This document shows, one piece after another, positions 6,606-16,941 of a DNA stretch of 64,000 bases. Location: positions 1 through 64,000 of IMG/VR virus record IMGVR_UViG_3300017917_002108; one strand, 5' to 3'. Under the pieces are notes generated by a model, which worked only from the letters and a program-made list of their open reading frames with translations, was not told the origin of the DNA and searched no databases. The position numbers and the translations under genes were made by a program. The DNA comes from a virus. Every line of letters starts with the position of its first letter. Positions within the stretch are counted from its first letter, which is position 1.

Positions 6606-7013
6606 ATGGAATACATTATTGAAGCCCGAAGCCAGAGGACTAAAAAGTTTATTGATATGATCTTACGATCTATGATTAAACAGCTGAAACTCAAAAACAG
6701 CAGAAAAGTCCTTTTTGTAAAAGTTAGCAGAGCCGATATTGACAATGACAATGACGGTCAGACCTGCTATATTCCGGGAGTTGATGGAATCGTTATCATA
6801 GTCAAGCCACAATCGCTTGAAAAGATGGGGATAACATTAGCTCACGAAATGGTTCATGCTAAACAAATGGCGTCGGGAAAACTCAAAACTATCGATGGTG
6901 TAAATTATTGGTGCGGCAAACGCTACACTAAAAGGACAAAGTATCTAAACAAGCCTTGGGAAATCGAGGCATTTTCAAAACAAGAACTTCTGTTTAGGAG
7001 ATCAATAGAATGA
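6606..7013 (+). CDS. HExxH zinc metallopeptidase-like protein
   Basis: LAHEMVHAKQ..PWEIEA. Confidence 0.75.
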   Translation: MEYIIEARSQRTKKFIDMILRSMIKQLKLKNSRKVLFVKVSRADIDNDNDGQTCYIPGVDGIVIIVKPQSLEKMGITLAHEMVHAKQMASGKLKTIDGVNYWCGKRYTKRTKYLNKPWEIEAFSKQELLFRRSIE

Positions 7014-7025
7014 AAGGAGGGCACT

Positions 7026-7628
7026 ATGCCTAGCGTGTTTTTAGTAAGTGATACGCACTTCGGCCATGCAGGCGTGTGTCGTTTCACTCGAGATGATGGT
7101 AGTAAGTTGAGACCGTGGGATTCGGCTGAAGAAATGGACGAAGCTATGGTCAAGGCTTGGAACGAGAGAGTTAAGCCTACTGACAAGGTGTATCACTTAG
7201 GTGATGTTGTTATTAATCGTAAGGCAATGAGCACATTAGCTCGTTTGAACGGAGACAAGGTTTTAATCCGTGGTAACCACGACATCTTTAGAGATGGCGA
7301 GTACAGACAGTACTTTAGAGAATTACGTGCATATCATGTTATGAACGGAATGATCTTAAGTCACATTCCTGTACACAGTGATAGTTTGGGTCGTTTTGGT
7401 GTTAACATTCACGGACACTTACACGCAAACCGTGTTAAGAAGGCTCGTGGAGTTGATGCTCGTACAGGAGAAATTTTGTACAGCGATGAGATCGATCCTC
7501 GTTACCATTGCGTCTGCGTAGAACAAACACCAAACTTTGCGCCTATCTTGTTTGAAGACGTTATCAAGCGTATTGAAGCAGAAGGCGGATCAGTAGGTTT
7601 TAGGAACGGTAACGGTCCTACAATGTGA
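7026..7628 (+). CDS. Calcineurin-like metallophosphoesterase
   Basis: DTHFGH, LGD, GNHD, HGHLH motifs; AGGAGG SD. Confidence 0.92.
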   Translation: MPSVFLVSDTHFGHAGVCRFTRDDGSKLRPWDSAEEMDEAMVKAWNERVKPTDKVYHLGDVVINRKAMSTLARLNGDKVLIRGNHDIFRDGEYRQYFRELRAYHVMNGMILSHIPVHSDSLGRFGVNIHGHLHANRVKKARGVDARTGEILYSDEIDPRYHCVCVEQTPNFAPILFEDVIKRIEAEGGSVGFRNGNGPTM

Positions 7629-7645
7629 CATTATCTACGTACTTT

Positions 7646-7673
7646 ATAGGGCTCTTCGGAGCCCTATTTTTTT
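7646..7673 (+). terminator. Rho-independent terminator
   Basis: atagggctc-ttcg-gagccctat followed by a T run. Confidence 0.92.
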
Positions 7674-7697
7674 GACTGAACGTTCTGGAACAAATGA

Positions 7698-7705
7698 TAT
7701 AAATA
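7698..7705 (+). promoter_or_regulatory. T4-like late promoter
   Basis: TATAAATA ~30 nt upstream of a tail fibre gene; related ATAAATA/TAAATA motifs precede genes at 10851, 19626, 27817, 32776, 34501, 55544, 58570. Confidence 0.6.
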
Positions 7706-7735
7706 TATGAGCTTGGTAAAGTTTCGGAGTCAAAT

Positions 7736-9463
7736 ATGCCCTTACAAATTAAAAGAGGCCCAACAGCAGATAGAACTACCTATACGCCGGTACAAGGCGA
7801 ATTGGTGTTTGATACTGATGAAAACAAATTATATGTAGGAGACGGTACTACTGTAGGTGGTATAGCTTCTACATCGATCAGCATCGAAGATGCGCAAGAT
7901 GCGGCAGCATCTCTATTAACCAGCGGTATTCATACCGGAATTTCATTCACGTACAACGACACTGCGGCCAGAATAGACGCTGTTCTAGGCACAGATCTAG
8001 TGACTGATATCAAAGGATCTGTATTTGCAGACGACAGCACAATTTTAGTAGACAGTGTATCTGCTCAAATCAATCTAGACGGAACTGTAAAAGGCGATAT
8101 CGTACCTGATGTAGATTCTGCCTATGATCTCGGCAGTGCCTCTTTTAAATTTAGAGACCTTTATCTCAGTGGGACCAGTATATATCTGGGTTCTGCACTG
8201 ATTACAGCTTCTGGTTCAATAGTTAATTTACCTGCCGGATCAACTATCGGTGGACTGGACATAGGTTCTGGCAGCGGAGTTACACCCGGAAGTAATTACA
8301 ATATCAATATCGTAGGCGACGACAGCACAGTAATTCTAAATTCGTCAACTAAAACAATTACCGCAGCCGGTGGTTTTGTGGGCAATATAACTGGTAATCT
8401 TATCGGTAACACCACAGGCTATCACACAGGCGATGTCAAAGGATCTATATTTGCAGATGATTCGACTATTCTTGTGGATGCGGTAGGCGCGGTTATTAGA
8501 GCCGATATCGCTACCGATGAAATTAAATTAGGAACTCCTAGTTCTTATGATCTAAGAATTTACAAAACTGTTCCAGGAGAAGTCACCTTTGATGTTAGCG
8601 GTCTTTTAGATTTTAGATTAAATGCAACAAACCTAAATCTAGGATCAAATACATATTCATCTAGACTCAACATATTCAGAAGCGGTTCAGTCGGTACTAT
8701 AGCTAATTTTTATACAGCAGTCACAGGTGGCGGCACTTCAGGAAACAATTTTAGTTTTTATAGAGCTAACGGCACACTAGGCAGTCCAACTGCTATGGCC
8801 GACGGTGAAAGAATTATAGATATTGACTTTCACGGCCATACAGGATCCGGTTATTTTTCCGCAGCCAATATTCGTGCATATGTAGATGGCACGCCTTCAG
8901 CTGGTGTTGTTCCAGGTGGACTTGTATTAATGACTAGATCTGCTGGAGGATCTATGCAGAACTCGGTCACCATAGATTCTACCAATGCAACTACTCTTAG
9001 AGGAAATCTTAATGTAGATTCTGGTAACGTAAACGTTACAGTTTATGGCAATAACCAAAGCGTAAAATCTGTAAACTTTTATAGAGCAAGAGGAAACATT
9101 TCAACGCCCACAACAGCATTGGCCAACGATCACTTGTATTCGTTAAAATTCAATGCCTATGACGGTTCGGCCTATCAGCAGAGCAGTCTGATCAGAGCTG
9201 AAATTGATGGCTCATTATTAGGTGGAGGAATAGTTCCAGGCAAGTTGGTTTTAATGACAGTTGGCACAGCAGGAACTATGACCACTGCCATGCAGATTAA
9301 TAAGGATCAAGTAGTTTCTGTTAACAAAGCTCTACAACTACCGGTGTATGCAGATTCGACTGCAAGATCAGCGGGTATACCAACACCAGCTACAGGCATG
9401 GTATGTATTACTGCTTCTAGTTTTACCTGGTATGACGGTACTGTTTGGCAGACTCTAACCTAA
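7736..9463 (+). CDS. Tail fibre / receptor-binding protein
   Basis: N-terminal LQIKRG..GELVFDTDENKLYVGDG module (Mtd-N/hyaluronidase-like); YDLGSASFKFRDLYLSG; duplicated C-terminal beta module. Confidence 0.85.
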   Translation: MPLQIKRGPTADRTTYTPVQGELVFDTDENKLYVGDGTTVGGIASTSISIEDAQDAAASLLTSGIHTGISFTYNDTAARIDAVLGTDLVTDIKGSVFADDSTILVDSVSAQINLDGTVKGDIVPDVDSAYDLGSASFKFRDLYLSGTSIYLGSALITASGSIVNLPAGSTIGGLDIGSGSGVTPGSNYNINIVGDDSTVILNSSTKTITAAGGFVGNITGNLIGNTTGYHTGDVKGSIFADDSTILVDAVGAVIRADIATDEIKLGTPSSYDLRIYKTVPGEVTFDVSGLLDFRLNATNLNLGSNTYSSRLNIFRSGSVGTIANFYTAVTGGGTSGNNFSFYRANGTLGSPTAMADGERIIDIDFHGHTGSGYFSAANIRAYVDGTPSAGVVPGGLVLMTRSAGGSMQNSVTIDSTNATTLRGNLNVDSGNVNVTVYGNNQSVKSVNFYRARGNISTPTTALANDHLYSLKFNAYDGSAYQQSSLIRAEIDGSLLGGGIVPGKLVLMTVGTAGTMTTAMQINKDQVVSVNKALQLPVYADSTARSAGIPTPATGMVCITASSFTWYDGTVWQTLT

Positions 9464-10735
9464 TCAACGATGCCATTCGGCATGTAATCTCTCAGAGTGC
9501 GCCACTGGTTCTTTTCGAACATTAGTTTGTTTAAAACCAAACTCAGTGGCGAATTCATCTAGCTTTTCAATAGTCCATGGAAAAAAATCAATTGACTTAC
9601 AATCTTCGTGTTGATGATCTTTGAATCCTGGATTCACCCGCCAATACATTCTTCCAGTTTCTTTCAAACAGCTGACCACTTTAGCTATCTGATTTCTTAT
9701 GTCCTGTTCTGATCCAAAATTGATACTTCCATAACAGACCGCTACATCAAATAATCTATCTGGTTCATAATCTTCAATAGTGGTCATGATATCTGCCTGA
9801 TCGAAAGCGGGATCAATACCTACAACATTCTTACATAATGTCTTAAATGGATTGTATCCGCAGCCGACATCCAGGACCCATTCGTCATCCGAAATTTTAG
9901 TAGCCAATTCTCTATGAGTGTAATCAGGGCATTCGCCATAGATAGGAGCCCATTTATTAGCAAAATAATTATTAAGAGCATCTTGATTTAATTGTCTTTC
10001 TTTCTTTTGCAGTACGAAATAGAATCTATTATTGCTGTCCTTTTTAAAGGTAACTAGATTCAGATTATATTTTTTTGTGAGTTCGTAAACTGTTTCAAAT
10101 GTCCAAGGGAATATATCAACATATGGTCCGTTAGGCCATGCTATTCCTGGGTTGGCACGGAAATAGATCTTGCCCAAAGGCATTAATAATTCTATAAGTC
10201 TTTTAAATCTAATCTCTATATCGTCGAGAGAATTAAAATTAAGGCTGCCAAAGGCAATGATATGATCAAAACTTTCATTTTCTATCTTGAAGTCTAGGAC
10301 ATCTATCATATAGTCCGCACAGTTATTAAAAGGATCAATGCCTATGAGATTGTTTATCCTGCCCTTGAACTGGTTAAACCCGCATCCGAAATCTAATACC
10401 GCCTTGGGATTTTCTTTATTAATTTCGTCGACTATGGTCCAACCAGAATACTGATATCTATCAGTGTTAGGTTTCCAAATTTCTCCAAAAAATCTCATCA
10501 TGTATCTTTGATCTAGATCGCCTATAAACTGTTTAAGTGTCCCTTTTAGGTTAATATCAGTTAATGACAATTCTGATTTAATATGATTTTCAAACTTCTG
10601 CAATCTAGCAGGAGTCCAAGGCAGGTCTGTTAAAAAAGTATCTGAATTTATATTTTCTAAAATGCTCTTATACTTGGGTAATCCAAATGCGATTTCTAAT
10701 TCTTGCCATACAAGTTGTTTGATTTTTTGATTCAT
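9464..10735 (-). CDS. Tandem class I SAM-dependent methyltransferase fusion
   Basis: Two motif-I copies (VLDFGCG, VLDVGCG), each followed by FD..GSxNF and RxNPG. Confidence 0.85.
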   Translation of the reverse strand: MNQKIKQLVWQELEIAFGLPKYKSILENINSDTFLTDLPWTPARLQKFENHIKSELSLTDINLKGTLKQFIGDLDQRYMMRFFGEIWKPNTDRYQYSGWTIVDEINKENPKAVLDFGCGFNQFKGRINNLIGIDPFNNCADYMIDVLDFKIENESFDHIIAFGSLNFNSLDDIEIRFKRLIELLMPLGKIYFRANPGIAWPNGPYVDIFPWTFETVYELTKKYNLNLVTFKKDSNNRFYFVLQKKERQLNQDALNNYFANKWAPIYGECPDYTHRELATKISDDEWVLDVGCGYNPFKTLCKNVVGIDPAFDQADIMTTIEDYEPDRLFDVAVCYGSINFGSEQDIRNQIAKVVSCLKETGRMYWRVNPGFKDHQHEDCKSIDFFPWTIEKLDEFATEFGFKQTNVRKEPVAHSERLHAEWHR

Positions 10736-10850
10736 AAGCTATCCGTGTGGAATTATAGTAGTATTTATTGACCTTGGAATTACCTAGATAATTTCTTGAT
10801 GCTCAGCATGATAAATACATTCATAGGTAACGTCTGTTTAGGAGAAAAAA

Positions 10851-11381
10851 ATGCCTAAAATTTATTTTTTAGTTAGTTCTTTGGGTACAGGAAGGAACGT
10901 CACGGTCAGTTTGATTGAACTTTATAAATCAAACAATAAGAAATGTATAGAAGAAAGACTAGGTGGTGCTCCGGGAATTTTGCAGTATGGGCAACGTACT
11001 TCGGAACATGTCCTATCAGGAATCAGCGAATATATAGGTCTTGTAGACGCTGATGCAATTATCTTTAACGGGTTCAGAATTGCTGAGCATATCGAAGCCA
11101 TTTATAATCAGTATAAATCTACAGCAACATTTATCTTCACAAGAGAAAGATATGAAGGTGCTGTATCAAATGAAATTAGAAACTTTCATAAGTACACCAC
11201 AGACGAGATCGTAGAACAAGTAGTACAAGATCAAAAATCAAAAATTGCTAAAGTTGTAGCAGATAATAATCTTGTTCTTACTTATAGACCTGTAAATTGG
11301 AATAGTTCTTTCTTCGAAGGTGCTGTGTTGAACAGTGAAGAAGGACTAACTGAAATAGCAATTTTAGGAAACTTAATCTAA
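10851..11381 (+). CDS. Hypothetical protein, degenerate P-loop-like
   Basis: AGGAG SD; N-terminal strand then SSLGTGR; resembles 32191-32721. Confidence 0.7.
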   Translation: MPKIYFLVSSLGTGRNVTVSLIELYKSNNKKCIEERLGGAPGILQYGQRTSEHVLSGISEYIGLVDADAIIFNGFRIAEHIEAIYNQYKSTATFIFTRERYEGAVSNEIRNFHKYTTDEIVEQVVQDQKSKIAKVVADNNLVLTYRPVNWNSSFFEGAVLNSEEGLTEIAILGNLI

Positions 11382-11948
11382 GGTATATAAACGGACCTGC
11401 ATATCGGTCGGTTTACTAACACCATCTTCAAAATAATCTTTTAGATCAAAGTCATGCCACTCACCGGCTCCGACTATGTCTGCCATCTTGTCTAATTCTT
11501 TGTAAGAGTGGATAAAGATCTCATATAAATGATCTTTATCCAACGGATACTTACCAAAATTATAGTGTTTAATCAGATATCTGTCTCGACTATAGGGTTC
11601 TAAAAATGTATAATGATCATTGATGACATAGTCAATATCTTTATGCTTGAAAAAATAAAATCTACTGCCCCTCGGAGCATAAGGTTTATACCATTTCATG
11701 ATTACATTTTGCTTTGCATCTTCTGCAAAGTTCTGAACACCTATGTTACATTCTTGCGCTGTAGTGTCGTTCCACATGATAGATTTTACAACATCGTCAA
11801 AACCTACTCTCTGAATAGCATTTCCATATAGACCCTTACCAATTTTAGTCAACGGCATTACAGGAGTTGAAATTCTAGGATCACCTGTTAAGATCTTTCT
11901 TACGAAATGCAGAGTTGGCCATAATCCTACAAAAAAATTTATTCTCAT
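11373..11948 (-). CDS. Hypothetical protein
   Basis: 191-aa ORF coupled to the upstream gene in a minus-strand operon. Confidence 0.75.
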   Translation of the reverse strand: MRINFFVGLWPTLHFVRKILTGDPRISTPVMPLTKIGKGLYGNAIQRVGFDDVVKSIMWNDTTAQECNIGVQNFAEDAKQNVIMKWYKPYAPRGSRFYFFKHKDIDYVINDHYTFLEPYSRDRYLIKHYNFGKYPLDKDHLYEIFIHSYKELDKMADIVGAGEWHDFDLKDYFEDGVSKPTDMQVRLYTLD

Positions 11949-12688
11949 TTTTTCTTTCCATCAAAAGCTCTGGGATTACCATATTTTATTGTTACAAAAC
12001 ATGTGTTACCTAAATTCCTTCCCATCGATACCTGTCCACAAACATTGTCAATACCGTCTGGATGACGAGGTCTTTCTTCATTCTGTCTTAGTAATAGAGT
12101 CGAAGGCTCACCGTAGTGTTGTCTAAAGAAATCAACATTAAGATGCTGTAATTTTAGATTATGCTTGTTGATCCATTTATCAATGTTATCGCATTGGGTC
12201 GTAACTTCGTTCCATACAGCTTCATAGTCTCGCTTATAAAAATCATATGCGTCGTGATGTATGTCGTGACCTTCACAGATTTGCCACCATAGCCAACATT
12301 TCTGAGGTTCTTGTCTAGTAGTAAGTATATCACATTCCGGAAATAATTTTTCGATATGATCAAAATAATAACTCCAATAATGACTTTTATGGAATCTTAC
12401 CACAAATGGTGTGACAGATTCATCCGGCGGTTCTTCTGCATAAGCAGAATCTAACATAGTTTCTATCTGCTCTCTATCATAATCCCTAAAATTAAGGACC
12501 CAATCATATCCTGGTTCATTTCCGGGATTCCAATATGCACCTAAATGTCCGTGCCAATTTCTTTTAGCATTCACATCTGTGTTATCAGTGTACGGAGCCC
12601 ATCCCGCTCTCAACCAACGATCGGTGCTGGACCACATAGCGCCTGGCGCTCCTGTTATGAAAATTCTTTTTATTTTTGCTTTTGCCAT
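11945..12688 (-). CDS. P-loop/sulfotransferase-like protein
   Basis: RIFITGAPGAMWS..H.GAYW.PG..KSH; paralogue of 19626-20321. Confidence 0.7.
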   Translation of the reverse strand: MAKAKIKRIFITGAPGAMWSSTDRWLRAGWAPYTDNTDVNAKRNWHGHLGAYWNPGNEPGYDWVLNFRDYDREQIETMLDSAYAEEPPDESVTPFVVRFHKSHYWSYYFDHIEKLFPECDILTTRQEPQKCWLWWQICEGHDIHHDAYDFYKRDYEAVWNEVTTQCDNIDKWINKHNLKLQHLNVDFFRQHYGEPSTLLLRQNEERPRHPDGIDNVCGQVSMGRNLGNTCFVTIKYGNPRAFDGKKK

Positions 12689-13233
12689 GTAAATGTATAC
12701 CTCAAACTATCTGTAAGTCTAACTGGTTTTATAATATCAAAATTATGTTTTCGTGTAAAATATGCGATATCGGCCATAGTCCATTTATAGACTGCGAATT
12801 TAGGAGGAGTGATTTCCTCCATTATAGGATTAACCCTCATGTATATTCTACCTCCAGGACGACACCAGTAATGTAGTTTTTCTATTTGTGATTCAATTAA
12901 TTCAAAAGAATGTAAGTTTGTCGCACCCAACGCGATCACAACATCAAATGATTCTTCTGCTGCAGAATAGTCAAGCATGTCAATTAATACATCAGCAGCA
13001 GGATTGTATTTGTCAATGCCTATTAAATTCTTGATTCTTCCCTTAAAAGGATGATATCCACAACCAACATCTAAAACTTTTTCATCGTCGCCGATTTCAG
13101 AAACTATTGTATCATACTCTAGTTTAGCCGTAGGGAACTTTTCCGGATCTTGGAATTTGGGTCTCCAATAACCTTGCTTCGATTTATCAAGATTATTAGT
13201 AAAATATTCTTTTAGATAATCTTCGTGATTCAT
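12670..13233 (-). CDS. Class I SAM-dependent methyltransferase
   Basis: VLDVGCG; SFDVVIALG; CRPGGRIYMRVNP. Confidence 0.88.
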   Translation of the reverse strand: MNHEDYLKEYFTNNLDKSKQGYWRPKFQDPEKFPTAKLEYDTIVSEIGDDEKVLDVGCGYHPFKGRIKNLIGIDKYNPAADVLIDMLDYSAAEESFDVVIALGATNLHSFELIESQIEKLHYWCRPGGRIYMRVNPIMEEITPPKFAVYKWTMADIAYFTRKHNFDIIKPVRLTDSLRYTFTWQKQK

Positions 13234-14141
13234 AGTAAGTTATATATCTTAGCAGCATTGGTGTAACCTAGTTTCATGGCTAGCTCAACATCCAATTGTC
13301 CTAGAATGTCTCTCCATATTCTTACTATTTTTTTATATGATTTCCACCTTAATCTCTTATGCGCATCAGTGGCCCACATGAACCTATCCTGATATTTTTT
13401 TAATAATTCTACCCATTCGGGTTTGATTACACCGTCCATATCTATGCAGGCTCCATCTACTTTTTCAAGAAAAGGCATATGAACTATATTGTATCCTCCT
13501 ATGTCGTCTCCTAGGTGAGATATCCAAAGAGTTTTGGTACGGATTAGTTCTCTTTTGCTTAGGGTAGGATATACATTCGGATACTTTGATAACACTAAAT
13601 CTATCTGTTCCACAGTGGCGAATCCGCAATGAGGCCAGATAAAATTTAACATAGGATAGCGATCTAGCATGATTTGAATATTAGGCCAATCTCTGTCCCA
13701 ATGATAAACCTCCCAATGAAACATCACAGGGATTGGATTTTTGGCTATTTCATCTAATAATCTCAAAACATTCGGAGATGATGAATTAACATATCTCTCA
13801 AATGTGTCGTTGACTTCACCTGCCTGTTTATCAGCATGCGTCAACATTAATTCACCTATGAATTTAACATTATCAATTTTCACACAATCTAATATTTGTT
13901 GAACGTAGTGATCGGTCAAATCATCTCTTTGATCAAATCTTTTGACTGATCCAGGTATGACTCTATGTTTACATTCATTCATTAGATTAACACCGTGATG
14001 TCCTGTTTCAACATAAGGCTTGGCTCTGGGGAATAGAGCTATGTATTCGATATTTGAATCGTCTAACATTGATAAAAATTTTTCAGACTGTAACTCAAAT
14101 TCTATCTGAGACATAGCATCTATAAGTTTATGTTCAAACAT
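13230..14141 (-). CDS. Amidohydrolase-family (TIM barrel) protein
   Basis: FIGEL, PVMFHWE, IWPHCG, DRFMWATD motifs. Confidence 0.8.
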   Translation of the reverse strand: MFEHKLIDAMSQIEFELQSEKFLSMLDDSNIEYIALFPRAKPYVETGHHGVNLMNECKHRVIPGSVKRFDQRDDLTDHYVQQILDCVKIDNVKFIGELMLTHADKQAGEVNDTFERYVNSSSPNVLRLLDEIAKNPIPVMFHWEVYHWDRDWPNIQIMLDRYPMLNFIWPHCGFATVEQIDLVLSKYPNVYPTLSKRELIRTKTLWISHLGDDIGGYNIVHMPFLEKVDGACIDMDGVIKPEWVELLKKYQDRFMWATDAHKRLRWKSYKKIVRIWRDILGQLDVELAMKLGYTNAAKIYNLL

Positions 14142-14143
14142 GA

Positions 14144-14995
14144 TTATATCTTATGAACTGTTTCTGCCGTAGAGTTATTAAGGATGTCAAAAGTTTCTTG
14201 TGTATTGACTCCGGTTATAACTAAAGTAGGTCTAGGAAATTTGCTGGCATTTGCGGTAGCATGAGGCACATTCGGCCAATCAAATATATGAATATCCCCG
14301 GCACGCCAATGACTATAATGATATGTACCGTATAGATAGAACTGGCCTGGCCTCCAATCTTCAAGAGGAATAACTATTCTAGAAACTGTTTCTGGTCTAT
14401 TAATATCTTCGACCTTTTCCCAAAGTTTATCAATGTGTAGGTTGAACATCTGTCCAGGCATCTGTACGTGTACCCAAGGTTTAAAATGTTCTTTCTTCAT
14501 TTTAAAGTAAGTGGTCATTTTCCATATAGTAGGATAATCCTCTAGAAAATCATATCTATTGGCCATTTCTAGATTTTCAGGTGCTCCTGATTTACGAAGG
14601 TCGTATAGTTCTTGTTCAAGCATATCAGAATATTGATCATTGCTATCTTTATAATTTTTACGGCTTTCCCATGTGACGATTTTATTTTTAGATTTTTCAA
14701 TTATATCAGCTACTTCCTTGGCCCAATCGCCTTCGAATCTACCTAAAGACCGAGTCCATTCTCCCCATTGATCGTGTCTCGTATCATCAAAATGATATTT
14801 GCTATGATCTTTAGCCCATTCCCAGCTACTAGCATAGTCATCCTTGTTCTTGAGTATCATTTTCTCATTCCTCTGTTCTCGTAATTTTGCATATTCTTTT
14901 TCCATTCTGATCATAAAAGACACGTCGTCTTCATGAGCACGAAACGCCCACTCGCCGAATTTTTTAAAATAATTTTTAATTTTCCCACTTGTCAT
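14144..14995 (-). CDS. 2OG-Fe(II) oxygenase-like protein
   Basis: QMPGQMFNLHID..W..GD...FDW.NVPHATAN...PR; start placed at MTSGK (14995) because the longer ORF overlaps the upstream gene. Confidence 0.75.
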   Translation of the reverse strand: MTSGKIKNYFKKFGEWAFRAHEDDVSFMIRMEKEYAKLREQRNEKMILKNKDDYASSWEWAKDHSKYHFDDTRHDQWGEWTRSLGRFEGDWAKEVADIIEKSKNKIVTWESRKNYKDSNDQYSDMLEQELYDLRKSGAPENLEMANRYDFLEDYPTIWKMTTYFKMKKEHFKPWVHVQMPGQMFNLHIDKLWEKVEDINRPETVSRIVIPLEDWRPGQFYLYGTYHYSHWRAGDIHIFDWPNVPHATANASKFPRPTLVITGVNTQETFDILNNSTAETVHKI

Positions 14996-15698
14996 CGTTT
15001 GGCCTATGATAAATTTTTTTGCTTTTATACCTAAATCTGTCACCTTGTCTCCTTGAAAGATCTTCCATGTAACCATCAAGCCAGTGATCGTTTACAAAAT
15101 GTATATATTTTGCATTGGCATTGTCTTTCAATATGTCTTTGAGTTTTTCTTCTGGAACTTCGATTGGAAAATCTAAAAGTTCGCTGATGTGTTGAAGATA
15201 TAGGTCTTCATACAGATAAAGAGACTCGGTGCTTAGTATAATAGGATTGTATTTTTTTAAAACGGTTCTGTAATTTTCTAAAAACATTTCGGTAGTTCGT
15301 TTGAGCCTAAGACGCATCTGCTGTTTTTCAAGTATATTTTTGTCTCTAGAAATAATAGCAACAACTACTTCAAATCCTGCTTGCCTAGCACAATTTATAA
15401 ATTCATCGTATTTAGGTATATGAGCTATCTTACTATCATCTAGTACCGAACCATTCGATGCTTTTTGTACATACGGACAACTGATACCTGTATGATAATA
15501 TTCGTGTGGCCATTCTAGATCATGGAAAATACTAGGATCTCTCCATATTTCTGAAAACGGTTCATGGGGGTGTCCTAACCAATACGTTTCTGTCAACTCT
15601 TTCCATCCTTGAACCTTAGGAGATTCAGCAAAGATCTTACTCCATAGATGGTTTCCAGATCCCTGTGGGCCAGTAACAATCAATAATTTTTTAGGCAT
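14976..15698 (-). CDS. P-loop/sulfotransferase-like protein
   Basis: LLIVTGPQGSGNHLWSKIF; paralogue of 16212-16886. Confidence 0.75.
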   Translation of the reverse strand: MPKKLLIVTGPQGSGNHLWSKIFAESPKVQGWKELTETYWLGHPHEPFSEIWRDPSIFHDLEWPHEYYHTGISCPYVQKASNGSVLDDSKIAHIPKYDEFINCARQAGFEVVVAIISRDKNILEKQQMRLRLKRTTEMFLENYRTVLKKYNPIILSTESLYLYEDLYLQHISELLDFPIEVPEEKLKDILKDNANAKYIHFVNDHWLDGYMEDLSRRQGDRFRYKSKKIYHRPNDDKWEN

Positions 15699-16215
15699 CT
15701 TTTTTACCTTTGACAAAACAACTATATCTATTGTTCTGATATGGGTCTTCTACGTTTCCATTAAACATTTCTATCTTCTTATCAGACAAAAAGTTTTTAA
15801 CCGTATCGAAATGATTTTCTATTCTGTGTTGTATTTTTTCTTTATTCAACTCGACCTTACTTCTTGCAAGTATATTTTCTAAGAGTTGTTGTCTAAAACT
15901 ATTAGAGGTCTTTAATGTTATAAAAAAATCACATTTATTAAAAGAAATATATAGCTGTTCTAAACATTCAACAAGTTCCCAACCATAATAGACAAATGTT
16001 GTATTAGAAAAAGTTTCAATATGTTCTTGTATAGTGAGACAAATTCTTTCAAAAGGATCGGTGTCTAAATCCATTCTAGAGTTAGCACCAAATTTAAAAA
16101 ATATCCTTTTACCTTCTAGATCGATATCGAAAATTTTATCTGCATGTTCTATGAGATAATCTTTTCCTTGCCCCATCGGAGAAATTATAAAAATTACTCT
16201 ATTGTTATTAATCAA
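15691..16215 (-). CDS. Hypothetical protein, degenerate P-loop-like
   Basis: VIFIISPMGQGKD N-terminus. Confidence 0.65.
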   Translation of the reverse strand: MINNNRVIFIISPMGQGKDYLIEHADKIFDIDLEGKRIFFKFGANSRMDLDTDPFERICLTIQEHIETFSNTTFVYYGWELVECLEQLYISFNKCDFFITLKTSNSFRQQLLENILARSKVELNKEKIQHRIENHFDTVKNFLSDKKIEMFNGNVEDPYQNNRYSCFVKGKKDA

Positions 16216-16886
16216 TTATCATTCTCCCTATTTTCCGAATTAAGTAAATCTTCTATGGCCACGCCTTCATTATTATATTCATCTAACCAGTAATAATCCA
16301 CAGGCCTAATATATTTTAAATTAGGACTATCTTCAATGAATCTTAAAATGTCTGGTTCATTATAGCCTATAGGAAAATCTAATAATTTTTCCAAATATTT
16401 TAGATATTCCAGTTTGTAACTAAAAAAAGATTCTAAACTTATGAAGTGTATTGGAAATTCGTTTCTCAATAAATTATTAATAAAATAATTTTTTGCTATT
16501 TCTAAAGTTGCGCCCGATCTAACTCTGTCTTGTTGCAGTCTGTTTATACCTTCATCTCTAGTTATAATACCAAAAGTCACATCTATGCCCCAACCCTTAA
16601 CTTTAGTTGCGAACTCGATTATTTTTGGGTTATATCTAACACCGTCGAAATTAAAAGGAAAACTCACATCAGTGACAAAGTATTTGTAATCATCAAAATA
16701 TTCTTTTTTAAGCAACTGAGGATAAAGCCAGCATTCAGCTAGTTCATCTCGGTTATGTTTGACCCAATACGTAGTTTTGAGTTCTTCCCATCCTTTGACC
16801 TCGGGATGCATACTGAATAATCTGGCGAATACATGATTTCCAGATCCCTGTGGGCCGGTGAGGATGAGCATTTTTTTATTTGTCAT
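16212..16886 (-). CDS. P-loop/sulfotransferase-like protein
   Basis: MLILTGPQGSGNHVFARLF. Confidence 0.75.
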   Translation of the reverse strand: MTNKKMLILTGPQGSGNHVFARLFSMHPEVKGWEELKTTYWVKHNRDELAECWLYPQLLKKEYFDDYKYFVTDVSFPFNFDGVRYNPKIIEFATKVKGWGIDVTFGIITRDEGINRLQQDRVRSGATLEIAKNYFINNLLRNEFPIHFISLESFFSYKLEYLKYLEKLLDFPIGYNEPDILRFIEDSPNLKYIRPVDYYWLDEYNNEGVAIEDLLNSENRENDN

Positions 16887-16941
16887 AAATGAAATAATAG
16901 CAGTTTACTGCTCTTATTTAAGTTGATTTAGCGATGTTATT

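Noticed and set aside
10500-10735. Acyl-carrier-protein-like N-terminus of the double methyltransferase
   Set aside because: Spacing is reminiscent of ACP, but the phosphopantetheine Ser (DSL) is absent (LPWTP), so the call is unsupported
14996-15079. Longer start for the 2OG oxygenase
   Set aside because: It would overlap the upstream P-loop gene by about 100 bp; the ATG at 14995 fits the operon better
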